From an uncultured Nitrososphaerota archaeon (lineage in GTDB: Archaea; Thermoproteota; EX4484-205; JAAOZO01), in contig CAYOYV010000008.1 in NCBI GenBank assembly GCA_964408285.1, positions 1-64,000 on the forward strand: a stretch of 64,000 nt of DNA, written 5' to 3'. The notes beneath the pieces were generated by a model that was not told the DNA's origin, made no database searches, and was given only the letters and a program-made list of their open reading frames with translations. A program made the translations under genes and the position numbers. How positions within the stretch are numbered: position 1 is the first letter of the stretch; each line of letters starts with the position of its first letter. Positions 27,105 to 37,189 of the stretch are shown in pieces.

Positions 27105-28240
27105 ATCTCCTCCCCACTAAGAATTTCCTTCAACGATCTTAATCTAGCATTGATTCTCATTTGGTGAGAGAGGTAAAAGGCGGCCTTGACCGAATTAGTG
27201 ACGACCGTCTTGAATCCCATCCGTCTGAGGCCACACCACATTACACAAGAATCTGCAACCACCTTCAGTTTTCCATCCCTCTTTAGAATCGCACGACTCT
27301 CTACTGCTCTTTTCACCCTAGCTGAAGTAAACAAGTAAGTTGGCAGGGCCAGCCTATCGTTATATTGTGCGACGTCTTTGATAGTGTTGAGCGTCACGTG
27401 AGGGCAACCAATGATTATGGCCTCGGCCTGATCTTCCGAGCTAAGCTCCTCTATAGTCTCTTCGATCTCTTTCTTGTAGAACAGGGCCTCTTCGACTCTG
27501 GCGCCGTGGAAATCGAATTCTCTCGGGCTGGCCCCATGAATCCAAACCATAGGGGCAGAACCGCTTGTACCGAAGGCTGCCAGATATTCGATTGTTCTAT
27601 CTTGTTCCTGAAGCCCGGGTGCCTCAATATAGTGTATCACCGTTCCGGCCTTTCTTCCAACAACATAGCCTAACGCACCGGCTTCCACTTCGTTCTCCAA
27701 TGACCCTTCATATCTAACTCTTAATTTTGGTATTCTGCCTTCCGCCCTATGAACTCCAACATTGGCCGTGAAGCCAACTATGGCGGAGGCAAGTGCGCCT
27801 ATTCCACTCTCCTTATTAGTCCAAGCACCGATTACAGAATTCACGTAAAGAACAGCTGAGGATTCTGCCCACGCCAAATGATCGCCAGGGTTTGGCGGAT
27901 TGTCTTCGAAATAGGGAGCACAGCTCAAGCTGGGCGTTACGCCGATCCTCTTTAACAGATCTATTATCTCAGCCTGTTTCTCATAGGTTGTCACATCGCA
28001 GGTTCTCTCCCCTTCTTCCCCGAGTTCAACAAATCCGGGATTCATAGTTGTGGGGACAGAGACTCTCAATCCAGAGTCCTCAAACTCGGATAGTAGCTCG
28101 ATTCCTGCATCACCGATGTTTAGATAGGAAATACCCGATATGTGCGCGCTCTTGATCGGGACAACGCTTGGCGTTTCCTCCGTTGTCTTAAAGGGGAGCA
28201 AAACCAGCTCTTCTAGCTCGGACCTCATGATAGCGTCCAT
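27101..28240 (-). CDS. Aconitase X catalytic subunit (DUF521; phosphomevalonate dehydratase large subunit)
   Basis: SAHISGISY, SCAPY, AWAESSAV, GCPH, DSC, TNSVKA. Confidence 0.88.
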   Translation of the reverse strand: MDAIMRSELEELVLLPFKTTEETPSVVPIKSAHISGISYLNIGDAGIELLSEFEDSGLRVSVPTTMNPGFVELGEEGERTCDVTTYEKQAEIIDLLKRIGVTPSLSCAPYFEDNPPNPGDHLAWAESSAVLYVNSVIGAWTNKESGIGALASAIVGFTANVGVHRAEGRIPKLRVRYEGSLENEVEAGALGYVVGRKAGTVIHYIEAPGLQEQDRTIEYLAAFGTSGSAPMVWIHGASPREFDFHGARVEEALFYKKEIEETIEELSSEDQAEAIIIGCPHVTLNTIKDVAQYNDRLALPTYLFTSARVKRAVESRAILKRDGKLKVVADSCVMWCGLRRMGFKTVVTNSVKAAFYLSHQMRINARLRSLKEILSGEEI

Positions 28241-28247
28241 CTTGATG

Positions 28248-29558
28248 CTACCTAGGGATCTCCGACTTGAGGAATCTCCTTCTCTCTGCTCGAAAATCCA
28301 ATGTCAAATCAAGGCCCCACTTGACCGTGGTTAGTTCCGATTGATTTGCTGATGGGTCTAGAGTTGAACCCCTCAGGCCCTCCAACCAGATCACTTGATC
28401 TTTCCTGCCGAATCTAGTAGCCAGAGCAAAATCCACGGCTTCATAGTCATTTACGTCGATGTCATCATCAACGACTATGACTCCTTTCAACGATCTATGG
28501 GCATTTAGAGCAATGAGAATTGCGTCCTTACCATCCGAGGCCGATTTCTTCCTTATGCTGATGAGGCAATGTAACCACCCCCCACTGCCCGGGGTAAGTA
28601 CGATGCTTCTTGCCTCAATTCCTCTTTCGAGGATGGCAGCCTTTATTTCAGCTGCTCTCGGAAGACCCATGAGTAGAACGTGCTCATACCCGCCGGGCAG
28701 TATTGCATGGCATAGGGGCTTCTCCTTGTAGTAAGTCATAAGGATGTCCACAACTGGTTGTTCCCTTATCTTATCATAAGTGCCAAGAACGTCAGTCATC
28801 ATCTCCGGGGCGGACCGCTCTCTCGATATCTTTCCTATCATAACGAATTCGCTTTCTATTGGAACCGGGAAGTCCACTTCGTTCAGATCTGTCACTGGCA
28901 AAGGATTCCCCTTTAGCGAACTGGCCAGAGAGAGTTCAGAGATCTGCCAAGGGAGAGGAGAGGCTGCAGCCAAAAGCAGGTGAGGCAAGACTCCTACCAA
29001 AATGGCAACGGGCATGTCCTTACCTTCCGATTTGTGATCTTGGAATATGCGATGGAGGTGCCTGCCCTCGACCATTCTTATGACGTATCTGTTTTCTCCA
29101 AGGTGGAGAAGCCTGTGTATTGAGGCGTTAATGTACCCTGACTTCAGATCGCGCGCAAGAACAACTGAACTCGTTATGTATGAGCCGTAATCGTCTTTGT
29201 AGTACTTGAATGCAGGTGGCAAAACCAAATTGGGACTTCTGGATCCAGCGAAGTCATGAGAGGTCGACGTAGTAGGCCCAGTCTCGGTTGTCTTGAATTT
29301 CCTGCCCAATTCATCCAGAAAGCTCGTCGGGCTTCTATTCAAACTCTTTGCGATTTTCTCTTGAGAGGAGAACAAATTGGAGACTACGTCGCCCTGTTTC
29401 GGTAATAGGTTTCTGAACAACACCGTTCTCCTTCCAGCCTCCTTTATCTTCAGTGATAATTCGAAACCGCCGGCAAGTGGGCCTTCATATTCGATCATGT
29501 CTCCGGATTGGTCCAATACGTCCCAGAGCCTCTTGATTCCGTTGCCTTTCAACTGCAA
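28248..29558 (-). CDS. UbiD-family decarboxylase (likely anhydromevalonate phosphate decarboxylase); start approximate
   Basis: NASIHR, GRHL, EHVLLMG, GSGGWLH, VVDDDID, GSTLDPS; adjacent to the AcnX pair. Confidence 0.85.
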   Translation of the reverse strand: MQLKGNGIKRLWDVLDQSGDMIEYEGPLAGGFELSLKIKEAGRRTVLFRNLLPKQGDVVSNLFSSQEKIAKSLNRSPTSFLDELGRKFKTTETGPTTSTSHDFAGSRSPNLVLPPAFKYYKDDYGSYITSSVVLARDLKSGYINASIHRLLHLGENRYVIRMVEGRHLHRIFQDHKSEGKDMPVAILVGVLPHLLLAAASPLPWQISELSLASSLKGNPLPVTDLNEVDFPVPIESEFVMIGKISRERSAPEMMTDVLGTYDKIREQPVVDILMTYYKEKPLCHAILPGGYEHVLLMGLPRAAEIKAAILERGIEARSIVLTPGSGGWLHCLISIRKKSASDGKDAILIALNAHRSLKGVIVVDDDIDVNDYEAVDFALATRFGRKDQVIWLEGLRGSTLDPSANQSELTTVKWGLDLTLDFRAERRRFLKSEIPR

Positions 29559-29569
29559 ACATAATACTG

Positions 29570-31879
29570 TCAGTCGGCCGTCAAAAACCTTTCTAGGTCG
29601 TCTAGCAGAAGCATGTTGTCGGCATATCGCCCTTTCAGGCTTCTCCTTATCCAATTTGGGAATTTTCCGAAGATCTCATAACTGAAGTACCTATCATCTG
29701 CTAATATCAGGGCCACCCTGTCATCCGGGGATCTGTAGGCCCTACCGACAGCCTGTGCTGCCTTAATCACCGCAGGGTAAGAATATCCATAAAGCTCTCC
29801 TTTGCCACAAAACTTCCTGTTTAGGTACTGTACGTATTTCTCCATCTTGGGGGAAGGCTCTGGGAAGGGAATCCCAAACACGACTACGCCTCTCAGCATA
29901 CCTGGTCCAAAGTCCATGCCCTCGGCGCTTCTTCCTCCCATAACTCCAACCAAAACGGATTCCTTCTCACGATCTAGGACGAATCGATTAACCATCTCAC
30001 GATGCTCTTCCGAGTTCATGCCCTCTTCCTCCCAGTGGACCTGCTTTTCTACGGCCCTTTCAAAGCCCTCCTCTCTGAAGGCACACAACACCTTGAAGCT
30101 AGGGAAGTATAACGCACTCTTCCCTCCAATGCCATTAACGAGCGCAGCCAGATTCTCGGAATAAACACGATATTTTTCCTCAGTTCTATCACTCTCCCTA
30201 CTGCTCATTGTTTCCAATACGGCCAAGAAGACGCTCTCGTAATTGTAATACGGATCGATTACACACTTCTGATACTGAGTCGGCACCCCGGTCAACGCAA
30301 CATACGCTTCTTCCCATTCATTTGTGCCTGACACATGAATCACTGATCTGAAATGCCGAAAGATGCTGCGGCCTACGGAGCTTGAATCAAACGATGAGAG
30401 CTCAAGGTAACAAGCGGGAAATTCCTCGGTGGTGACGTACTCAAGAAAGAAGGAAGGATATAACCTGTTACCGTAGAGTTGTTGAAAGAATTCTGCAACA
30501 TAGGCCAAGGAGCATTTAGCGATGAAGTCTGAAGAGAAGGCCTTCTCTTGGGCCGAATCTGCGGCATTTGTAAGGATCTGAAGAATCCGGTCGAACGGTA
30601 TACCATTAAATCTTCTTTCGAGCATTCCTATGAATTCAGAAGGGGTCATCACAACAATCTTCTCAATTCGCTTCCCTTTCAAGAACGACAGCAGCTCGAT
30701 CAAGATGGCTCTTGCTGCTATGTCCAGGGAGTAAATCTCAAGCAATCCCCGCTGCAAATCTGCAACCCTAAGTTTCCAAGATCTGTCACTTCCTATGACA
30801 AATGGCATGTTGTGTGAATTGTGGACAACAAACCCGTTAGCTATGTAATTATGATCTGGAACGCAAGCAAAATCATAGACGATTTGACGTTCCGCCCTCA
30901 CTATGTCGGATATGGCTTCACGGTATAAACGGCCCTCCTCAAAGACCAGTGTGACACTTCCTACGCGCAGATATGACGCCGGGCACCATTGAAACTTTGA
31001 TCCTTTTGATCGAAGGACTCCCGTGTTTTCAGTTAATTCGAGGGTACGTCCTGTTTCCGTCGAGACCTTGAGAACTTTATCGCTGAATTCCCTTCTTCGA
31101 CCGTATATTCTATTCTCCACAACATTCGTAGCGTTGCGTTCGTCAAGTCGAATGGAGAGGATTGAAGAGCTTAGGCCCTCGTATAGGTCCTTTGCCTTGA
31201 TGTCGCCGGGGGGAATCACGACGTCGACATGCGCTGCAATACATTCATCAATAACCAAGTGGCTTTGCCTCCTGCTGGGCCACACTAAGTCCCGCCTGAG
31301 ATGGTCCAACGTGATGTATGGGTAAGGCATGATTATGAGATCAGAAGAGGCCAGACCACTCTTCATCAAATAGTAGGGGCATGTTCCATTCATGGCGGCC
31401 AGCTGAAGGGCAAGCTTCGAAGAGAGGATGTTGTAGTTTACACTTCTTCCAAAATCCGGCAATGTCCGTTTCAACGCCAGATAGAATGGGCATTTTCTTC
31501 GTTCCACAAGCTTCCTACAATACCTGTCAACGATTTCAGCTTGGGCTCCTCTCTCTAGGGCGACTCTGCACAAGTGCCGTTTTCCCCTGATTTCAGAGAC
31601 CTTGAAGGGAAAAGAGACCACGGTCTCAATCCTGCTTAACTCTCTGATCACCCCCTCAGCTTCCCTGTGTGTCTTCACTGTATAATAGACTCTTGATTCC
31701 GTTTCCTCAATGAACGGCAATATGCCTGCCAAGACGCCCGCAGTCTTTCCGAATCCTGTAGGGGCCTGTAATATCAGGTGCTTCCTATCCGCAAGTGCTT
31801 CATACACCCTTGATGCGAGTTCTATCTGTTTTGGGCGAGCGCGTTCATGTGCGAAGTATTGCGTTAAGCGTTTCTCCAA
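29570..31879 (-). CDS. xpd: XPD/Rad3/DinG Fe-S helicase precursor containing a mini-intein
   Basis: APTGFGKT, four Fe-S Cys, VIDE[intein]SHN, SGT, FPSF, GRSAEGMDF, QAVGRAYR. Confidence 0.9.
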   Translation of the reverse strand: MEKRLTQYFAHERARPKQIELASRVYEALADRKHLILQAPTGFGKTAGVLAGILPFIEETESRVYYTVKTHREAEGVIRELSRIETVVSFPFKVSEIRGKRHLCRVALERGAQAEIVDRYCRKLVERRKCPFYLALKRTLPDFGRSVNYNILSSKLALQLAAMNGTCPYYLMKSGLASSDLIIMPYPYITLDHLRRDLVWPSRRQSHLVIDECIAAHVDVVIPPGDIKAKDLYEGLSSSILSIRLDERNATNVVENRIYGRRREFSDKVLKVSTETGRTLELTENTGVLRSKGSKFQWCPASYLRVGSVTLVFEEGRLYREAISDIVRAERQIVYDFACVPDHNYIANGFVVHNSHNMPFVIGSDRSWKLRVADLQRGLLEIYSLDIAARAILIELLSFLKGKRIEKIVVMTPSEFIGMLERRFNGIPFDRILQILTNAADSAQEKAFSSDFIAKCSLAYVAEFFQQLYGNRLYPSFFLEYVTTEEFPACYLELSSFDSSSVGRSIFRHFRSVIHVSGTNEWEEAYVALTGVPTQYQKCVIDPYYNYESVFLAVLETMSSRESDRTEEKYRVYSENLAALVNGIGGKSALYFPSFKVLCAFREEGFERAVEKQVHWEEEGMNSEEHREMVNRFVLDREKESVLVGVMGGRSAEGMDFGPGMLRGVVVFGIPFPEPSPKMEKYVQYLNRKFCGKGELYGYSYPAVIKAAQAVGRAYRSPDDRVALILADDRYFSYEIFGKFPNWIRRSLKGRYADNMLLLDDLERFLTAD
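30818..31243 (-). mobile_element. Mini-intein (142 aa, no homing endonuclease) in XPD motif II
   Basis: Begins with Cys (CIAAH), block B-like LELTENT, block F/G VYDF...HNYIANGFVVHN followed by +1 Ser. Confidence 0.9.
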
Positions 31880-31949
31880 GATCGTAAGGCAGCGCGCTCA
31901 AGTTTTTAACGACCCCGCTACCTTTCATGCAGAGAAAAACCGGAGAACC

Positions 31950-32642
31950 ATGGGCCAAGATGGTAAAAACTCGCCTGTTCATCCTCTACTGGGTGAGGAC
32001 CTTACCTATCTAGCCGGAAAGCTTACAACCATCATGGGACCCGCTGGACCTCTGAGAAGGGAGCTGGTATTGCGCTTACTTTCTACCGCCGCTTCTCGCA
32101 CCACTGTCCTCTTCCTTCACTCAAGATTACACTTTCCCATAGATCGACTCAAAGAGATAACCGGGGGAGACACTCAGAGGCTCCAGAACATACGTCTGCT
32201 GTACCTATCAGATTTCTTGCTACAGGAAAGGGCCATTTCCGGTTGCGAATTTCTCATAGCGAAGAATAACATCCGATACTTATTTCTGGATAATCCGCTG
32301 GACAACTATATAGATGCGCTGAGCGTCCGTTGGAACGTATCTTCGGCTCTGAAGGCCACCCACTCCTCACTGATAAAGCAGTTGGCCACGTTGCGGGAGA
32401 TCTCAATTGGACGTGACGTGGGCGCGTTTTTCATTCTTGATTCAAATGATAGCAAGACTGCCATAACAAAGTATGCAGTGGACCTCTGGCCAGACATAGT
32501 GATAGAAATTGAGCAACTCGAACCCAGAGCAGGAAGACTAACAATCAGAAAGAAACCCGATCACGAACCAGTGAGATCATTTGACGTAGCGCTCAAGGGC
32601 GAGGGGAAGGAAATGGAATGGAGGGAGCCAGAGCATGTCTGA
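31950..32642 (+). CDS. Degenerate RadA/RadB-like (RecA-fold) protein; start reassigned to 31950
   Basis: GKLTTIMGPAG at the P-loop position but no GKT; FPIDRLKEI; YLFLDN Walker B-like strand. Confidence 0.55.
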   Translation: MGQDGKNSPVHPLLGEDLTYLAGKLTTIMGPAGPLRRELVLRLLSTAASRTTVLFLHSRLHFPIDRLKEITGGDTQRLQNIRLLYLSDFLLQERAISGCEFLIAKNNIRYLFLDNPLDNYIDALSVRWNVSSALKATHSSLIKQLATLREISIGRDVGAFFILDSNDSKTAITKYAVDLWPDIVIEIEQLEPRAGRLTIRKKPDHEPVRSFDVALKGEGKEMEWREPEHV

Positions 32643-33135
32643 CTGGGTGAGTGCCAGCACAATATTAAGCATGCTTCTCACAATATACGTCAAAATGCTT
32701 CCGGCAATGGTTGCCAATTCAAGTGCCGTAATCTTCGGGGGAGGTCCGCCAATCGACAACGGGGCGAAATTCCTTGACTCCCAACCAATTTTCGGCAAAA
32801 ACAAAACAATAAGGGGGTTCGTCGGCGGGGTTGTCGCCGGGGGAGTTGTGGGCCTCTTTCTTTCCCAAGGGTATTGGGGGTTCATACTTGCGTTTGGCGC
32901 CCTACTCGGGGACTTAGCCGGGGCGTTCATCAAGAGGAGGTTCAAGATGGAACCAGGGCAACCGTTCCCCCTTCTGGATCAATATGACTTTGTCATTGGC
33001 GCATTTGTGGTGTCACAATTGTTCAATCCAGTAGATGTAGGCGAGTTCTTACTTTTCGTGCTCACAATTCCCCTTGTGCATTTGGGAGCCAACATAATTG
33101 CCTATAAGGTCGGTCTTAAGAGAGTGCCCTGGTAG
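32635..33135 (+). CDS. carS: CDP-archaeol synthase (DUF46)
   Basis: PAMVANS...GGPPID, FGKNKTIRG, GDLAGAFIKRR, LDQYDF, KRVPW. Confidence 0.92.
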   Translation: MSDWVSASTILSMLLTIYVKMLPAMVANSSAVIFGGGPPIDNGAKFLDSQPIFGKNKTIRGFVGGVVAGGVVGLFLSQGYWGFILAFGALLGDLAGAFIKRRFKMEPGQPFPLLDQYDFVIGAFVVSQLFNPVDVGEFLLFVLTIPLVHLGANIIAYKVGLKRVPW

Positions 33136-33138
33136 TTT

Positions 33139-33582
33139 CTAATATGCTTTAGAGCTTCCTATCCAATATAGCGAAATGACGGAAATCAGAATCAGTACCA
33201 ACGCGATTATTATTTCTGGCGAGGAGCCACGACGTCTGCTGTAAATGGAATAAGACCAATAGAGGCCAGCGAAACCCATTGCATATAAGAGTCCAACGAT
33301 CAAGGCCTCGATCGGCCCCTCTCCCAATTGCTCAGGTGATATGAAAGTGGACCCTATATTCGTACTTGCGCCGTAAATCAGACGGGGTTTATAGACCAAT
33401 ACATATGACCATCCAGAAAGCAACAATACTAGGACGAAGAGAAGCCCGATCACCAGTGCCCGGCCAACTCTCTCGTCACTCAGGATTTCCTTCTTCTTCT
33501 CCAATGTGGAGACGAAAGCGTCGGACATCCTGTTTATCGCCAACAACAGATCTTCTGGGCGCAACCCGAGCAATCTGTTCAA
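33139..33582 (-). CDS. Small 3-TM membrane protein, OST3/OST6 TM-region-like
   Basis: Three hydrophobic helices; loop FI...Q...E followed by ALIVGLLYAMGFAGL; divergent from aglB. Confidence 0.5.
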   Translation of the reverse strand: MNRLLGLRPEDLLLAINRMSDAFVSTLEKKKEILSDERVGRALVIGLLFVLVLLLSGWSYVLVYKPRLIYGASTNIGSTFISPEQLGEGPIEALIVGLLYAMGFAGLYWSYSIYSRRRGSSPEIIIALVLILISVISLYWIGSSKAY

Positions 33583-33667
33583 TACATAAGCTATTTAAAT
33601 TTGTTTTGACGAACGAGTTAGGTTACGTTTAAATGATAGTCCCGCGGGAAAATGAGCGCTAATTCTT

Positions 33668-36223
33668 ATGCCTCCGTCGTCAGAGACACAAACGAACTTG
33701 CCTCTCAATCTACTAAATCTGCTGAATGAAAGGAGGCCGGGAATTGATACCTGGAGTTTCCTTCAGGGCGCCATTCTCTTGACTGCTCTGTTGCTAGCAA
33801 TAACAGTGCGCCTTCTCAATTTTCGATATGGCTTCTTCTTATCGGAGTTCGATCCGTATTGGCACTACAGAAGTGCAGACTACATCGTCGAGAATGGCAT
33901 TCCTGCTTTCATTTCTTGGATAGATCTGATGAGCTGGGTGCCAGGAGGTCGTCCTGTCGCGGCATCAACACCGATAGGCCTTCCTCTATTTGCTGCTTCT
34001 TTGTATGATGCTTTGAGATTCATGGGGATAGGCATTGACTTAATGAGCCTTACGATCCTGATCCCGCCACTCTCCGGGGGGCTCGCCGTTTTAGCCGTCT
34101 ACTTCTTAGGGACGGAGTTACTATCGACTGAAGTTGGGCTCATCTCAGCTGTACTTATTGCGTTCAATGGAAGCCACATAGAAAGAACGCACCTTGGGTT
34201 CTTCAAACACGAAACACTTGGAATTCCTCTGATAGCGATCTCACTCCTGTTCTTCCTGAAATCGGTGAAGGCCAAGGACGAAAAATCAACATGGGCGTTT
34301 TCTATTCTGGCTGGCCTTTCTCTAGGTTATCTTGCTATAAGCTGGACTGGATATGTGTATGCCGTCGGTTTGATTGGGCTGCTTACCGTGGTTTTGAGCC
34401 TTCTATCTCTGGTAGATAACTCCAAGCTTCTCCTCTCTTTTTCCGTAACGCAAGGCATCTACTTGGCTATTGCGTCGTTGTTCCCGAGAAGCCAAGCAGA
34501 GATCCTCTCCCTGAATCTTGCCGTGTCGTTCAGCGCCTTTGCATTCATTATAGCTAAACGGGAGCTGGATCGACTCGAGTCGGTTCGTCTGAAAGTGTCA
34601 GCAATGTTGGGGATCATTGCGTTTGGCGTTTTCATTGGAATCCTAGGAGTCCAAGCTGGAGTGCTGACTTCCTTATATGGAAAACTGCTAGCGATATTGA
34701 ACCCGGCTTTAAGATCGGAACAAGCAATAATAGAATCGGTGGCTGAGCACAAAGTATCCAACTGGTTCACCATTTTTAACGATCATGGAACACTACTGTT
34801 GCTTTTCGGGTTTGGTCTTCTACTTGCGATCAAAAAGCTTGATGTCAACAACGTGGCTGTTTTACTAAGTGGGGTAACTTCGCTCTACTTCTCAACGATG
34901 ATGGTAAGGCTCGGTCTGATCTTCTCTCCATTCAGCTGTATAATAGGCTCTATGGGCGCCTACCAGTTGGTGAGTGGAGCTTACCAGACGATTGAGACTA
35001 GGGTGTTCGGCAAATCTCGTACGAGAAGAAGAAGGGAAGGTGTTTCTAGCACTCCCCTAATTCTATCAGCACTCTTGGTATTTGGTTTGCTCGCACCGGC
35101 CGTCTATATGGGCTTCGCTCACGCTGGCACACCAGTAACTATAGCGGCAGCCTCTCTTCCAATAGGAATCGACATACCGGACTGGCCAGAGACCTTAGCT
35201 TGGATCAGGCAGAACACTCCCGCAGGGTCGGTTATCATGTCTTGGTGGGACTACGGATATTGGATTACAACCTTGGGCGATAGACCCACTATAATCGACA
35301 ATGCTACAATAAACACCACTCAAGTTGCTCTTGTGGGGAAGGCCTTCATCTCCAACAACACGATTGCTCTGCCGATAATGAGGAAATTCAACGTGTCATA
35401 CGTGGTTGTCTTCACCAGCCTTCCGCACGCGAAGAACTTGGGTGCTTGGGGAGACGAGGTGAAATGGATTTGGATGGCGGAAATCGGTTACGGGTTGAAG
35501 ACGGAACCAACTCATAACTACACCATTCGCACGTTTGGAGACTATGACCTGAGCAAGGCTTTAGCTGATCAGCAATTCATACCCACGTACTCCGGAACTA
35601 CAGAACCAACAATAGAATTACCGAAGAGGGACTACGTTTTGACCAGGCTACTAGTGCTCAGTTCATTCGGTACTTCTCAGAGTCTTATCCCAGTTGATCC
35701 GCACTTTACACTAGTTTACAGATCGTTTTATGGCGTCGTCTCCGTTTTCAAGGTGGATTATGATTACCAAGGACCTACTGTCTACAGTCTGTCCGCCTCA
35801 TCATCCGACATCACAACAGCTGAATGGACTTGGACGACCGAATATGACTTTGCTCCCAATCGCACAGTAAGTTTTACCGTGCTCAATCTCGTGAAAACCA
35901 GAGGACAATATGTTGTTAATGGTACTGAGCATTATCTCAACTGCAGCGCCGTTGCGGAACTTCTAACCTCTGACGGCAGCGTTGTACTCAGTTACGACGT
36001 AGAGTTGGGCGAAAACACCATATCCGTATACAAAGACAGAATTGTCTACACAACCGGTAACGTATCAAAAGAAGTGCGTTTCAAGTACCAAAAGCCGCTC
36101 AGGATATCTATAAGGGTGAATGCAGAGAAAATGCCCGAAGGAGTAACAGGAGAAGTGATTGAGCCAGCTAAGGCGGAAATGTTGATTGCCACCCTGAAGA
36201 TAGGGTGGATAGGAGAACCATAG
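33668..36223 (+). CDS. aglB: Oligosaccharyltransferase AglB/STT3
   Basis: EFDPYWH, SVAEH, WWDYG, DNAT-N, multi-TM N-terminal region. Confidence 0.95.
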   Translation: MPPSSETQTNLPLNLLNLLNERRPGIDTWSFLQGAILLTALLLAITVRLLNFRYGFFLSEFDPYWHYRSADYIVENGIPAFISWIDLMSWVPGGRPVAASTPIGLPLFAASLYDALRFMGIGIDLMSLTILIPPLSGGLAVLAVYFLGTELLSTEVGLISAVLIAFNGSHIERTHLGFFKHETLGIPLIAISLLFFLKSVKAKDEKSTWAFSILAGLSLGYLAISWTGYVYAVGLIGLLTVVLSLLSLVDNSKLLLSFSVTQGIYLAIASLFPRSQAEILSLNLAVSFSAFAFIIAKRELDRLESVRLKVSAMLGIIAFGVFIGILGVQAGVLTSLYGKLLAILNPALRSEQAIIESVAEHKVSNWFTIFNDHGTLLLLFGFGLLLAIKKLDVNNVAVLLSGVTSLYFSTMMVRLGLIFSPFSCIIGSMGAYQLVSGAYQTIETRVFGKSRTRRRREGVSSTPLILSALLVFGLLAPAVYMGFAHAGTPVTIAAASLPIGIDIPDWPETLAWIRQNTPAGSVIMSWWDYGYWITTLGDRPTIIDNATINTTQVALVGKAFISNNTIALPIMRKFNVSYVVVFTSLPHAKNLGAWGDEVKWIWMAEIGYGLKTEPTHNYTIRTFGDYDLSKALADQQFIPTYSGTTEPTIELPKRDYVLTRLLVLSSFGTSQSLIPVDPHFTLVYRSFYGVVSVFKVDYDYQGPTVYSLSASSSDITTAEWTWTTEYDFAPNRTVSFTVLNLVKTRGQYVVNGTEHYLNCSAVAELLTSDGSVVLSYDVELGENTISVYKDRIVYTTGNVSKEVRFKYQKPLRISIRVNAEKMPEGVTGEVIEPAKAEMLIATLKIGWIGEP

Positions 36224-36230
36224 CTATCTG

Positions 36231-37036
36231 TTACCCAAGGTATTCCGGGCTCTCCGGTCCCTTGAGGAAGGCAGAGAGCGACTTATCACTTTCCAATTTC
36301 TTCAGTTCCTTTCTGTATTTATCCTGCAGTTCCTTCCACTTCTGGGCTTCAGATTCAAATGACGAAAAATCTAGATTGGCATTGAGAAATGTATCTAGCT
36401 TTTCAAGGACTTGGCGTGAGCTTTCTAGTTCAGGTCCGCCTAGACTTGCTAGCCCGAGCAGACCTATACCCTTTATGCCAAGCAGCCTGCACAATCCCAA
36501 GGTTATGCCGACTGACCCAACGATTGGTGTACCTATTGGAGCCATTTCCAGACCCAAGGACTTGAGGTACTCTAGTCCTGATGGATCAGCGGCCAAAGCG
36601 AATATCCTATTTTCTGCTTTAGGTTGCTCAATGTGGCCTCCAATGGCTATTACCAAGTCTCCCCCGATGCTTTTGAAGAATTTCAACAGTATTCTACTAG
36701 CCTCGAACTCACCTCCCATTAATTCCTGGTGCTGTTCGCCGAGCGCGATAATCAGGTCTCCCTCCTTCCTATTCTTTAGGAAAATCTGGACGCCCAGAAG
36801 TCTGGTCCTTCCTTTCTTGTCCACGACTGCCTGCGTGCTGAAGTAGGGAGATGTGATCATTCCGATTCTTTGAGCTTTGAAACTCTTTATCAGGAATCTA
36901 ACTACTATTTCGCCAATGCGTCCTATCCCGGGGTAGCCTATTACTAAGATTGGTTTTGAAACCGCCCATCCTTTGCTGATCCAAAGCTTCGGATTAGTGA
37001 AATAGTAGACACTCGGTTCGATCCTTCCTGCTAACA
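36231..37036 (-). CDS. PAC2 family proteasome assembly chaperone (start approximate)
   Basis: ILVIGYPGIGRIG, IGG, PIVGSVG, GIGLLG, C-terminal YLG. Confidence 0.8.
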
Positions 37037-37189
37037 TACTAGATTGTGACGAGTGCTTAAAACGACAGATAAAAACCCTCCGGCAACACATCAAATCCAT
37101 AAGGGGCTGCCGGGGTATCACGCGCGACGATGAGGCGATTTGACGCGCTCTGGCCTCAGACTTATAGCGATTCCGACATACCGTAGAGC

